Below, piece by piece: positions 37,069-50,355 of a DNA stretch of 64,000 bases (position 1 is the first letter of the stretch; every line of letters begins with the position of its first letter). Source of the DNA: Marsupella aquatica. Lineage: Eukaryota > Plantae > Marchantiophyta. The DNA is taken from assembly GCA_973895155.1 (NCBI GenBank), contig OZ316891.1:21504513-21568512 (forward strand), written 5' to 3'. The position numbers and the translations under genes are program-made. The notes under the pieces are model-generated. The model was not told the DNA's origin. It was given only the letters and a program-made list of their open reading frames with translations, and searched no databases.

Positions 37069-38422
37069 ATGGCCGCCGCCGCCGCCTCTTTCGTCTCCAT
37101 GTCGCTCGGGACCTCTGCTGCTCTTCAGACCGCAACGACCCAGAAATTGGTGAGATTTCGTTCTTCTGCACCCACTCTCTCTGGAAGTGATGGAGTGATG
37201 ATGATGCTCTGCTCGATGATACTCTGCTCTGTGACGCTCGTGGTCTTAGATTAGAGCCGGCTGCAAGAGACTGAAACACGGACAATGCCAGGGGTGTTTT
37301 GGGTGGTTGGGTGGCCTGCGATCGGTGACACAGCTTTCTTTAGAGGCAGAGGAACCGCTACTCATGGTGGTTTTTGAGTTGAGAATATCTAGAGCTGGTT
37401 TGAACATAGTTCAAGCTTGCTCGTCAGGAGCAGACGTAGACTGTTATTCTTTTTTTATTGGGGCATTGGAGCAGACTCTCCCTTGAATTTTGGGTCCCAT
37501 CTCGTGTGAAATTGGGAAGAGAAGCCCACCCAAACGAAGTGGTCCTACTTAGAAACCAGAACCGTCCCATTCATGTAAATGTGATTTTTTCAAGACGTGG
37601 AGTCTGACGTTTCATCGAAATCGAGCTAGTTTGCACTGTTCCAGAAATAAATCTGATCTATGTTTGTCGGTTCTCTTGCAGTCTGTGGCTAGATTCAATG
37701 GACTGAAAGCCTGCCCGGTGCTCAGGCAAAGAGCTGTCATCTCCCGCCCGGTTGCCATCCGCAGCCTGACCATCAGTGCCTCTGTAAGCTACAAACTCTT
37801 CGACGTCTTTCATGTGAAACTCGTACTATTGCACTGAACTATGGGCCTTGACCGATTTTTACTTTCGATATTCTCCTCTGGTAAGTATGAACCGATGTGC
37901 CTGTCTGCAGTGTTAATCCCATTGGCTGGTTGCTGTACAGGCTAAGCCAGAGACTCTCTCAGCTGTTCAGGGGATAATTGCCCAGCAACTGGCTCTAGGC
38001 GTGGAGAAGGTGGTCCCTGAAGCCAAGTTCGCCGATCTTGGTGCTGATTCTCTCGACACGGTAAGCAGTTCTACTGTGAAAGTCTTGAAGTGGAAATAGT
38101 CACGACACTGGAAGATGCTGAGGAATATATATTTTTTCGCATAGCCTTCTACGGAAATGCTTGGCGTCCACCTGATGTGCCTCAATGCACGTCCACTTTC
38201 CGTCTTCCGGACCAGAGCCTGTCCTGTGCCACCAATGAACGACAAATGCAATGTCCAAAGGATTTATTTGTGGAGGCTGATATTCAATGTGGGCGGATTC
38301 AGGTGGAGATCATCATGGCTCTCGAGGAGACATTCAAGATCACTCTCGATGAGGAAGGTGCCCAGAAGATCTCAACCGTACAAGAAGCAGCTGACTTGAT
38401 TCAGACCTCCATCCCCGAGTAA
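37069..38422 (+). CDS. ACP: Plastid acyl carrier protein, 140 aa; exons 37069-37149, 37682-37783, 37941-38060, 38303-38422
   Basis: Ala/Ser-rich transit peptide, AKPET.., and the phosphopantetheine site [18 protein letters not shown]. Three phase-0 GT-AG introns give a continuous frame. Confidence 0.96.
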
Positions 38423-39647
38423 GAAGTTAGACCTCACATCGTATTTGACGACTTTCAAATCGTTGTTTTCGAATTTAGAGAAATAATCCTTCATCATTGA
38501 TCCAGAACCGGTGTTGGATGAAACAATTAGAGTTGGGGAATCACTGCGATTCGTGGGTTCCCGACCTCATTCCACATTTTTGGGCTGGCCCACTCATATG
38601 GTCGGCATACGGATTAGAGTAGGGGCATTGGCAGAAGAAAGTCTGACATGTGTAGGAAAAATACTCATTGTTGCAAGTCTAATAAAGCACTGGGTTCCTA
38701 AACATCCCCTGACAGACAACTTTTCTAGCTCAAATTGCATGGAAGTTTGTAAAGGTGCTCGAGGGGTCATTAATTGCCACATTGTGAATGCATTCGAGTG
38801 TTTGAAGCTCCGGCACTGGAGGAAAATTTGAACGTTTCCAGACTGTCATGTCCGACCGACTCAGCTGACTCGGTAAGGCAAGTCATGAGGAATTCACACA
38901 TGCATCAGTGATGAGGAATGAACATATTCATGGACGATGAGAGGCAGGGACAGATCAACACAAGCCGAGATCTCTGAGGGTTGTCGTTAACCGAGAACAC
39001 CACTAGATGATGTTGATGACGTTGACGGCTCGAAAATTGGGGGAGTTGGGTGTCAGTTTGAAATGTCAAGCCTTTGTCCATTCTCCCCTGCACTATCTCC
39101 ATTACTTCGATCTGGAAAGAGTCGGATCTGGTTTTCACTTTCTTTTCACGCCTCGATTCATACGCCCGCATTACAATAAGTTCGAGTTACCTGGGATCTC
39201 TCATGTTTTGTCAATGAAAGGGTTCCTCTCCTCTGTTTCTCCTCCTGAATCGAATCTCCCGAGAATACGGAGCGAGGAATGTCGCCCACAGCCAGAAGCT
39301 TGAATCGTCCGAAAAGGAATCTTTCTAGGGGCGTCTCACAAGGATGGCAGCATAGAGAATCAAGAATGACAGCCTGTACCGAACGGACCAACGTACCCCA
39401 CCAGGGATGTGTCCTCCACCAGAAGTCCAAATGCAAGGTTGTCTTCTGCCCAGATTGCCTGTGATGCACAAACACTCCCTTAAATCTCTACTCAGACAAG
39501 AATCAAATCCATCCTAGACGAGATCCGTCTCATGCTTCGGAATCGTCGAACCGTTCAACAAGACTAGATTCCCTCATGTTTTCGGATTTGTCGAGGCTTG
39601 CTTCCAAACGACAACCATAGTCTCTCGATATTCAGTGAGTGTATTCT

Positions 39648-39910
39648 TCAAAATGCAATCTAAACGACTGTACCCGTCAGAATTGGAGTAAATCTCTTCA
39701 CCTCATATCTGAAATATTTCAACTTGCTCCTATAACTTCTCTCCATGTCGTCAAAATGCAATCTACACGGTGTACCCGTCAGAATTGGAGTAAATCTCTT
39801 CACCTCATATCTGAAATATTTCAACATGCTCCTGTAACTTCTCTCCATGTCTCTCCCGGATGGGGTGTCTCTATTCGTCAGAATTGGAGTAAACCTCTTC
39901 ACCTCATTAT
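39648..39910. repeat. ~102-bp tandem repeat (2 full copies + partial)
   Basis: cgtcagaattggagtaaatctcttcacctcat occurs three times. Confidence 0.85.
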
Positions 39911-40560
39911 AACATATCCCAAACATAAGTCCGCAAATTCCTCACCGTCTCTCTCCCGAATGGAGCTTTTCAAAAGTCTGGATGAAAACATTGATCACGT
40001 CAGCTGTCTCAGAGAAACAAACGAAGAGAATTGACACGCAGCAATGTTCTCGTCCAGTCCTTCGAGAAATTCCAATGAATGCATGAGACTGCTTAATTAG
40101 GCTTTGGAGAGAAAATGGGATTGGGAATCCCGCGCTCCCATTCAACCTAAACCCAAGGAACCAGGGAGCGTAACAAGACAGAAGTGGACAATGTGAAGAT
40201 TTCTATCGCACGTCACAATTTCCTTCACAGAAAGTCGGAGCTCACTTTCGTCGTCAGCTCTAAAGCTTCGCTTACATTCGATTTCTCTGCTGCGATGGCG
40301 ATTTCTGCTGCTGCTCCTGCTTCTGCCTCGATGCGCGTGGGACTGCTGTCCTCCACGGACTCCGTCTCGCACCGCCTGTCCACCGCGCGGGCGGGATTGG
40401 CGTCCTCCTTCATCTCCTCTCGCGCAGTCGCATCCCCCTCGTCCTGCTCCTTCGCCGGCAACCCCTCGTCCTGCTCCTTCGCCGGCAAGTCGAGCAGCAG
40501 CTCTAATCTCCTTCAGCTCGCTCTCTTTACTGAAGTCCGTTTTCTTGAGGACGGTTTGAG

Positions 40561-41300
40561 ATGATTGATGCCTATGCCGCAAGTGGCAATATAGATGATG
40601 CCCGACTATTGTTTGATAGAATGAAAAGACGAGATCTAATTACCTGGAACATAATGATTGGAGCATATGCAGCAAGTGGTCTCGGTTTGGAAATATATCG
40701 ACTATTTCTCGACATGAGAGGGAAGGCCTCGAACCCAATGCAATCACGTATGCGAACACTGAATGCATCTGCAAGTGCAGGGGCTTTGGCGTGGGTGAAG
40801 GCGCTTCATGGCCATGCTAGCAAAGCTGGACTGGAGTCGGATTTGCGTGTGGGCAATGCACTTGTTCACATGTATGCGAAAAGTGGTAGCATTGATGATG
40901 CCCGATTGATTTTTGAGAAATTGAAGACGCCCAATGTAATCACATTTAATACCATGATTGGCGCGTATGCAGAACGTGGTTGCGGTGAGGAAGCATATCG
41001 ACTATTTTGCCAAATGTGACGGGAAGGTTTCGAACCAGATGCATTCACTTATGTAAACATCCTGAATGCATCTACAAGGCCGGGGGCATTGGAGTGGGTG
41101 AAGGAGGTTCATGGCCATGCTAGCAAAGCGGGATTGGATTTGCGTGTTGGCAATGCACTAATTCACATGTATGCAAAGAGTGGCAGTATGGATGATGCCC
41201 GACTCGTTTTTGGCAAAATGGAGAAACGCGATGTATTCACATGGACCATAATGATCGGTTGGCATGAAGCCCTGGAACTCTTTAGAAAAATGAATGTGGA
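40561..41300 (+). pseudogene. PLS-class PPR gene fragment (moss type), disabled
   Basis: Repeats GNALVHMYAKSGSIDDAR..F..M, ITWNIMIG.YA, HGHASKAGL. In-frame stop at 41017, local frameshifts at ~40722-40755; no E/DYW domain seen. Confidence 0.9.
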
Positions 41301-42779
41301 AAGTGACTCCAAAGCAGTACTCACAGGCAGCCCAGATACAATCAATTTTTCGTTGTTCGCTTGGTCAAGGAAGGGCATGCATTCGTAAAGCATTGTTTTC
41401 GAGAGGGTTTTATAGCAACTATCGACGGTGGCAATTCTATAGCAGGAAGTCCTAGATTTGCAATTTGGCGTCGTAATTTTTCCTTGTAACCACGCTGGAT
41501 GACTCTTTCATCCACTCACCAATTGTGCGCGCAACGGGCGCTCTAAGCTATCCCAATCCTTCAGGTACCCTCACGGTCAAACAATTGGGAAAATAACGTT
41601 GATCGTAGTGAGCGTCGACGCATCCAATTTCTAGGGTCACGGAATACCAGGCTCGATACCATGTAACAGAAAGGTCTGTGAGTGTTTCTTGACAATCGAA
41701 ATCCAGATGGTACGAAATCAAGCTCTTTGCTTGATAGTTATGTAGAAAGTAATTTCTTGCGATAGGTACTTCCAATGTCCTCGTCAGATTAAGCGCTCCA
41801 GTAGTGCCTTTCCGTGGACTTTGTACTAGAGCGGAACTCACGTTGCTGACAGGAAATGGTAAACTCGAGGGTACGACTCCGACATGCTGGACAAATTGCC
41901 CGGAGTTTCAGTTTATATGATCCTTGGAAAAGTTATCACAGTCCCGATCACAGTGGATAGTGAAGTTGGTTATTGTCCATGTAATGTATATTACAACTGA
42001 TTGGATATTCTTTTGGTGTAAGCGTTTCTTAGCTTGTTTCATTTGCTTGCGTGTCTTGCTGTGTCACAATGGATACGTGGATTGTCACATTTCCTTGTGG
42101 GTTACAATGTGGGGTTGAAAGCAGTGCATGATGCAGTCCTTCCTGGAGTTTGATTGGGAGCGAATCCGGAAACTGTCATCATTGCTATTTAGGGTTGAAT
42201 GAAGTGCAGCGTTTTGTGATGCGGTCCTTCCTGGAGTTTGATTGGGGCGAGTCCGGAAATTGTCATCTTTGCTTCCAGAAGAATTTGTCTTGGTAGTGAC
42301 GCTGTACAATACCGGAACTTCGGCCATCTGACCAGGACCCCAATTTGAAGCTGACCTCATCTAGCTTCAGAACATTGGCACTCGGAACACTCTTTACTCT
42401 CAATTCCCTGCATTTCAGTCCTCTTTCAAATCAAATGGGAGCCTGGAAAATATTCGAGGACTTTTTCAAGGATTCAGGATGTGCCCATCGTCACCGTGAG
42501 AAGTAATACATCCCGAATTGGGTGTTATGGGTGCCAAAATTCGGGGAAGGACCAGCCCCTTACAACAGACATAGCATCATTCGAGGGATGTGCCCGGTAA
42601 GAGAATTGAAGTCCACAGTCTGAACTTGAGTGCGTCACGGAGTTTTTCACAAAAAACGAGGGCGAACGTGTCAATTGCAGTGCCGATTGAGTACTGGAGC
42701 CATCTGAATTGATATTCAATGATGCAACTTCTGGCTAAAAGAACATTTTTAATATTCAATTACGCTGACCCTGCAAGGA

Positions 42780-43922
42780 TTCGCCTGGGGCATCGCCACA
42801 GCCTGCACTGCCGCAGCAACCGACTACACCACCCTTTTCGTCGCGCGCGTCTTCCTCGGGATCTTCGACTCAGTCATTGCGCCATGCCTTATGCTCATCT
42901 CGTCGCAATACTGCACTCGCAGCGAGCAAGCTCCCCGGTTCAGCTTCTGGTACTGCGGGGTCGGCACGGCGCAGATCCTCGGCGGTCTAGTTTCGTTCGC
43001 ATTCCAGCATGTAAATCCCGCTGCAAGCCTCAATGGCTGGAGACTCATGTTCCTCGTGCTGGGCGTTGTCACAGTGCCGGTCGGAGCGCTCGCGGGATGG
43101 CTTCTGCCGGACACCCCGATGAGGGCGAGGTGGATGAGCCCGACGGAGAAAATAGCTTTGCTGAATCACGTCGGCGAGAACCGGACGGGGGTCGAGAACC
43201 GCCACTTCAAGCCTAAGCAGCTCGTGGAATTGCTGCTGGACGTGCAAATGTGGCTTCTGACGATGATTACCGTCTTGATCTCCATTTCCTCCGGCGTCAT
43301 AGCCAGTTACTCTGCCACACTGATCCGCAACCTGGGATACAAGCCAAAGACCGCCGCGCTCCTGAACATGCCCTCTGGAGCCGTCTCCATTCTCAGCGCG
43401 CTCACCGTTGGCTACGGGGCCCGCTTCATCAGGAACGGGCATCGCTGGTTCTGGCTCGTCGCCTGCTGCAGCTGCGGGATCATCGGCGGTGCTCTGATGG
43501 CGTTCGCTCCGAATTCCAACAGAGCCGCGATACTAGCAGGCATTTATATCGTGAATGCCGTCACTGCGACGCTAGTGATCCTCTTTCAGTGGACAATGTC
43601 GAATGTGGCCGGGCACACGAAGCGAGCTGTTGCCTTTACGCTGATCGTCGGGTGTTTTGCGGTGGGAAACATAATCGGGCCGGAGACGTTCAGAGCGAAA
43701 GACGCACCGCAGTACCGTCCTGCGAAGATCATCTTCCTTTCGACGCAGGCAAGCGCAGCAGCTATGTCGGGGGTGCTGTTTTTGTATTACGTGTGGGCGA
43801 ATCGGCAGAAGGAGCGACGACAGAAGTTGTTGCAGAGCGAAGGTGTGCCCATCAATGCTCTGGACGATACATGGGGGAACTTGACAGATAAGCAGAATGT
43901 TGAGTTTAGATACGTGTATTGA
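42780..43922 (+). pseudogene. 5'-truncated fungal-type allantoate permease (MFS, ACS/Dal5-like) paralog
   Basis: Open frame from FAWGIATACTAAA.. to ..NLTDKQNVEFRYVY*, about 80% identical by eye to 58846-60408, lacking the first ~140 codons. Confidence 0.85.
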
Positions 43923-43989
43923 GATTGCTTGTGTCTAGGGACGAACTAGGCTCGAACGCTAACGTGATGTGCCCTGAATGTGAGACTAA

Positions 43990-44436
43990 GGGCGTCTTGC
44001 ATGTGCAAGGTCCTTCGCTTTCCTGCCCAGAAATGAAAACCCCTAGCATGAGTTCATGAGAGAGTTCTGCAGTCCTGACTGGTCTTTGGTTGAGATGCAA
44101 AGGCAAGGGCCCAAATTTTCCGGGCTTTGAGGTCCCAAACCTTCAAATCCCAATAAAACAAAAGGACATTTATCATAAGAAGGCAAAGGATTTTCGGGCT
44201 GTGAGGTCCCAAACCTTCAAATCCCAATAAAACAAAACGGCATTTATCATAAGAAGTCAAAGGAGGCAAAGGAGTAGACACAACTGAGTGGGCGAATCAC
44301 ACATTTATGTTCAACTGAGTGGGCGCATCACACTACCTTCTTTGCTTGAGTTTAGATTCAGGTTTACACTTTTCCAAATATTTGTGGGCTGGTAAGAACC
44401 ATTTTTTTGAGGACTCTTGCACATGCAAGACAGCCC
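43990..44436. mobile_element. Tourist-like (PIF/Harbinger) MITE
   Basis: TIR GGGC(T)GTCTTGCATGTGCAAG; TAA target duplication at 43987-43989 and 44437-44439; internal ~74-bp duplication. Confidence 0.85.
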
Positions 44437-44439
44437 TAA

Positions 44440-44807
44440 GGCCCAACTCGCATGTGCAAGGTCCTTCAAAATGCGGCTTCATTTCGAGTAGTGTGAGTAT
44501 GTGCATGACTGAGACTTTTCTGCCAGGACCACCTCATGTGCCAGGCCTGGCAGCAGAGATTTTGGGGTCCCAAGGGCAAGGGCCAGAAAGTTTTTGGCCC
44601 TTGCAGATCCTGAACTTCAACTTTTAAATAAAACAAACTCAGAGGTGCTTATTTGTAGATCATCAAGAGATTGTTTGAGCAAAGAGGGACACCCGAGCTA
44701 CCATGCGCACTGCCCACTGTTGCACTTGACAAAACCCAAGATCTCCTTTTGCCTGAGATTTTGCTGCCGCGAAGGGCTGCTGAGGACTGGCGCATGCGAG
44801 TTGGGCT
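44440..44807. mobile_element. Second Tourist-like MITE directly adjacent
   Basis: TIR RGCCCAACTCGCATG; TAA at 44437-44439 and 44808-44810. Confidence 0.85.
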
Positions 44808-47764
44808 TAAGCTGATTGGCAGCAACCAGGAAGCTTTTTAGAACATTCAGGCAGCAGGGTTATAGTCTAGAACCCTGCCCTGACCTTTGCTAATATCTGT
44901 AAATCCTGTATTGAAAATGATTGTATTTTTGTGAGCAGCAGATCATGAGAATAGGAACACCAGATCATGAGAATAGGAGAGTGGACTAGAAATAATACCT
45001 ACCGGTAATTTACCTTTATTCTGTACATTCTGCAAGATGAGGCCTCCTGGCAAAGAGGCCTTGTGGCGATCGCGCAACAAAAAGCAGGAGCCCGATGATT
45101 AGAATTAACAACAGAATCGCACACATAAAGGTGGGAAGATAATTAATATATAGAAAAAACTATTGGGTTTCTCTTGGTAAGAAAATCAGTCCAACAGGCA
45201 CAATACACCTATGCTGCTGAGTTTTGATGTTCATTTATCAGAAAGGAAACATGATGGCTGAGCTGGAGTCTTGAAGGGCTATTACTGCCCATACTGTCCT
45301 CTTAATATGGAGCTAAAATAGTTAAATGTCTGGTGAGTACAATCCTAATACCCATCAATAATTGGTGAAAACAAAAGAAGCTCATCTCACTTCCCACCCT
45401 CGTAGTGATATGTTTCTGCCTCTGCCTGGCTTGAGTGTGGTCTAGAGGCTTCACTCTGGACCATAGCCCTTATTCTAGCTTGTTTTGACAATTATATAAT
45501 GTGTAGATTTTTAGAAAGAGTAGAGGAGAAGGTTCATTCATAATGCCCTTGTCCAAGTCTGAAATGGTGCATTCTTCCTCATAAGCACCCAGACTGACAA
45601 AGGAGACGGCATAATGCTGATTTGGGCTGCACATTTTTCTTCATAATCACCCCAACTTACAAAGACTTTCTCCTTAGCAGTGTGGCTCATTGGAAAGTCT
45701 TGTAAGTTGTGTGCAATATTACCCTCAACAATGAGAACTTTTCAGCTCAAGTTTCGAGGCTGCTATTATTGGTCGTAATTCAGGAGCACTTTATACTAAC
45801 CATTGGGACAAGATGGTCCATGCGCTACCCGTTCGGAAAGTCCAGCAAGTAGCTCCTCATCTCTATTTTAGGAGATGACTTAATTGAAATGATTCCAATA
45901 CCATATCGTAAAAAGTTCTAAACCAGGCAAAAGTTGATCCATTATTGCTCGAGAAAGAGTGTTATTGTTGTTAGCCACAGGGTCTAATTAGCCATCTGAC
46001 TAACACGCCAATTCGTTTTTGCGTCAGAACATTGGCACTGGGAACACTCATTACTCTCAATCCCTGCATTTCAGTCCTGTTTCAAATTCAAATTAAGAAG
46101 CTTGAAAAACATCCGAGGACTTCTTTCAGGATGTGCCCATCGCTCAATTGAATCTGTCATAATTATGTGCAGTGATCAGAAATCCTGATTACAACGAACC
46201 TCTATAAAAACAGTCACAGGTTTCCCCGTCAAGTCCTGATATTTCAGATGCAAACCCGACTCCCTACACCATGAGTTATGCGTGAGAATGTTTTCTTGTG
46301 TTGAAGGGACAGCAGCCACACTACTTATTTAGCAGAGTGCAACCATTGACAACTGCAGTTCAAGTGTGGTGAACGGTAGCACCATATATCACCATGTGAC
46401 TTGTTTTTCCTGAACCCTTAACGAAAACGATTTTCCAATGCAATGAAGTGATTTATTACAAGACTCCAGTTTGGCGGCTTCACTTAATCCCAAAACTTGC
46501 ATCCGGAAGAGAACTGAACTGAACTCATTCAAAGTCTGCCGTGCTTTGCTGTTCAACCCTTGTCCATGTTAGTGAAATCGTTTCTCAGCACGTAGGATTG
46601 ATTTCAATTCATTTCGTGATTTCCGCGCTGTCCGTGGCAGTTTGCAATGGAAGATGGAAACCCTCGTTGGTTGAGGCTACTGCTACTGGGACTCTAATTG
46701 CTATGTTCATTTTCGAGTTCTCTCTAGAAATCTTTCCTTCAGGGCATCTCCTCCCACCTCTCCAAGGCACTCACTAATTTACTCTTTCTCTTTTGGGCGC
46801 ATGAGATCATCAGTGAAGGACGGATCAAACGCATGAGCTAGAATTCTTCCAGAACCTCAATTGTTCCGTCCCCGGTTCCGTCCGGCCAGCCAGTGTTCAA
46901 CCCTTAAACATCCATTCTTGCTTTACAGTAAGCAGAGTACCGTGAATCCCGGGACTACTAGTGGCGAAGAGCGATCGAATTCCACTATGCCGCTGGAGAT
47001 ATCTGAGACGGAAGCTCAACAGAGCCTTCGCTCGTTCTCGGTTTTTGAGGCTTACCTTGGCCCACTTCTTTCGAGTTAATTTGGTGTTTGTTTTCTTTGG
47101 AGGTCTTTTGCTTTTCTTCATTGTACTTATTTTGGCACTTCATGGTAAACAAACTTAATATTGTGAATCTTCAGAGCCACTATGATTCTACTCCATCGAC
47201 GCACCCGGGACCACCTCTCGATGGGCCGCACGCCAAGTGTTGCCTACCGGTCTAGTCATGAACTCATGATACTCACTCCGTGATTCACACGCAGGACTTT
47301 TCATTGATCGGCTGCGCGAAAAGGCATTGTTTATGTGTAGTCTGCTGAAATTGAATCTGGACCATTCTGTGGTGAACCTCAAGGCTACGATCAAGGTATG
47401 GTCGAAGCTTATCAAGAATTGAAGCTCCTGTAGGGGCATGGGCAATGCAGCGTGGCTCGCAGCGTGGCAGTTGAGGGCTGAAGTTCGTGGTGATTTCCAT
47501 TCGCGTGGCCCTCAAGTTCTGTTAAATAACTTTGCCGAATCAGAACGTAAAATGTGGGCAATGGGGGATCACAGCTTCCTAACACTTCCACTAGGCCCTC
47601 GACGAGGCCCCGCTGCACTAGCAACGTTTTTCAGAATATTCGAATAAATGTATTATTAGACCTTGTTGGACTAATAATGTATGTTGGTCTGGCAAGGGTC
47701 TTGTCTAGACCGGGTCAAAAATGGACCCTCGTTGGACTTGAGGCCTGCATATCTCAAGGCTCAG

Positions 47765-48040
47765 GACTTGAGACTTACAAAATGTACATGACCCTCTACT
47801 CTTGTCATCACTTGAGACCTACAAAATGTACATGACCCTCTACTCTTGTCATCACTTGAGACCTACAAAATGTACATGACCCTCTACTCTCGCCATCACT
47901 TGAGACCTCCATTTCTTGTTTATGATGCAAAATGTATATGGCTCTCTCCTCTCGCCATGATTTGAGACCCTCGTTTTCTTATTTATGATGCAAAAAATGT
48001 ACGTGGCCCTCTGACTCATCTCGTCATGACTTGAGGGCTC
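47765..48040. repeat. 44-bp tandem repeat (3 good copies + degenerate copies)
   Basis: cacttgagacctacaaaatgtacatgaccctctactcttgtcat. Confidence 0.85.
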
Positions 48041-50167
48041 CTGGGACCAGAGTGAATGGTGGGCCTGGCCATCCACTCCTGACTCTAAAACTTGAGATTT
48101 GATCTTAATTAAAAGTGATGAACTGGGGAAATGATCTCTACCATATTGGACATTTGAGAGTATATGGAATCTAAAAGTATATAATGGCAATCAAAAGCTA
48201 CTCCCTGGCCTACCATCATAGAGTGAAGTCTCTAGACGTGACTCTGGGACCATAACTGAAAGAGAAGGTGGAAAACAGGGATGGGGGCGAGGATCAACAG
48301 TAATAGTAAGGAATCGCTATTTGCAAGGCGGTTATTTGTCGTCCTCTACAATATGCTTTCAAGGAACAGGTAGAGACGCTATTAGATTCCTAAGAGCCGC
48401 TTTCCATTTGCCCCCTTGCCCTGTTGGGGCAAAGGGATGAGATAGGGGAAGTCTATGGTTTTAGCAGTAATACACTTCACTTGACTGTCCACCCCTCACT
48501 TTGCAGGAACCTGCGTTGATTCCTGTTTGGCCCATTGTTACTCGGGTATTTCATGTATGCTATTCATGGTGTCAACAATTATTCAAACATAAGGGACACT
48601 TGTTGGAGTTCCTTTAGGAGGACCAAAATAATTATCCAAGAAAACACTTGAGAAACCAACACACTAAGAACGGGGTGAGCTGATGACAAAAGCATAATCC
48701 TGACCAGGAAAGAAAAGTAGAGTGTGGCCAGTGTCAATGAATTAGCAAAAGTACAGTGCACAGAATTGAGAAATTATAGAGAGGAAAATGTGGGGAGCAG
48801 AAAGTTTGAAGGAAATGAATGCCTGAAAAATGTTGGCCCTCACTAATGGAATCAAATCAATGATGACCAGCGCCAAGGAAAACAGCCAAATATGTGCTTG
48901 ATGGACACCCTGACTGGAAGACCTGGCATGACGTGCCCCCTCAAAACTTTCACCCCTTGTTGCACATTCGTGTCAAATGTTCTTGTAATGGTAATTATAA
49001 GGGCTTAGTCCTCCATTGTAGATCTGGAACCCAGTAGATTGTAAACCATGGTAAAATGTCATTGTAGTGATGATGAACCACACCCTTTCACAAATTAGGA
49101 TCATCCAAAATTGAGATGTCCATCATAAATTCAAACTCAAAGTGAAGACAATATATGAATTGTTAATGCCTTCAGTCAGGAAGAAAAAAGTCACTTGCTA
49201 TAGGAGAAAGGACTCATTTGAAATCCATCACAAGGATTTATATGCGGTAGCTTAGGCATGACTACAACAACAGTCCAATGCAAAAGGCGTATGCTGGAGG
49301 GTTCCTTTCACGGCAGATGGGCAAAGAGTCAAAGTGGAGTTTGGTGGATTAGACAAGTCGGGCTATCAAGTATAATAAAATGCCCCTCTTGTGATGAAAT
49401 AGAGGATGAAATCTTTATAACAATGAGCACTTTAATTATCTGAATGAGTTAACACTTGAAAAGTGCTCATCTCTCTAAGTGGTAAGTGTTATGGTCATTT
49501 GACGACTACCTCCATGTTGTCTTTTCCAAGAAGTACCATTTACCCGCCCAAACAGGGTCTGTGGTCAGAAAGTCTAGAAGCCCCAAAATTGTGCTAAGTG
49601 TTCAAAGAAGGTCATTTTTGGCCATTTACTCCTGCCTCCCACCTTTTCCTCCGTCTCATAGTTGCTCACTCCCTTGCCTCATCCACTGACTGGAAATGTC
49701 TAACTTGTCCATTGTTCCACACTGCCTCCACCTTAATCTCTGCCTAAATCTACAAGAAAATAGCACAATCTCCCAATGTGCAGAAGCTAGTTCATTCCCT
49801 AGTACTTGCAACTTGGTGAGCCCGAAATTCAAAAACCAACTGAAGATCCATTATGTCTTCCCAAGAAGACATCAGGCAAACTCGTGGTAGGCTCAGCAAT
49901 GCATAGAGAGCGTTATCAACCATAGTAAGTTGTACTATGCTATTGCCTTGTGCGACATGGTAAGGCTGAAACAATGAACTTTGCAGTAAGGCACCAGTCA
50001 CACAATAACTCAATCTACAAAATTTGGATGGGGGTCCAAACTCTAGCAAATGAAAAGTTGGGGGATGCGAGGGGCCATCAGGGCATATTTTCCACCCAGG
50101 GGTTCCATCAAGCATATGCCTCCAGAAAAATGAAGAGCAGACATAAAAAGAATTTGGTACCAGGATA

Positions 50168-50355
50168 GACTCTGGAACATCAGATGGCCCCAGCAAAACT
50201 CTCTTCTATGCTCATCAAGTACATATTACACCAATGAGTGACAAGTGATAAGCAAAGTAATTGGAACCCGAATGGACAGACTCTGGAACATCAGATGGCC
50301 CCAGCAAAACTGTCTTTTCTGCTCATCAAGTACCATATTACACCAATGAGTGACA
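50168..50355. repeat. ~75-bp direct repeat (period ~111 bp)
   Basis: gactctggaacatcagatggccccagcaaaact..gctcatcaagtac.atattacaccaatgagtgaca twice. Confidence 0.85.

Larger units (their letters stand above)
42367..46142. repeat. ~120-bp direct repeats at 42367-42490 and 46024-46142
   Basis: tcagaacattggcact.ggaacactc.ttactctcaa..ccctgcatttcagtcct..caggatgtgcccatcg present twice. Confidence 0.85.

Noticed and set aside
42719-43891. Long alternative-frame ORFs over the permease (42719-43216, 43250-43891, 42987-43442)
   Set aside because: Shadow frames of a GC-rich coding sequence; the same effect is seen at 58877-59671.
47765-48040. Regular 44-bp repeats superficially like a CRISPR array
   Set aside because: Head-to-tail units without unique spacers, no cas genes, eukaryotic context.
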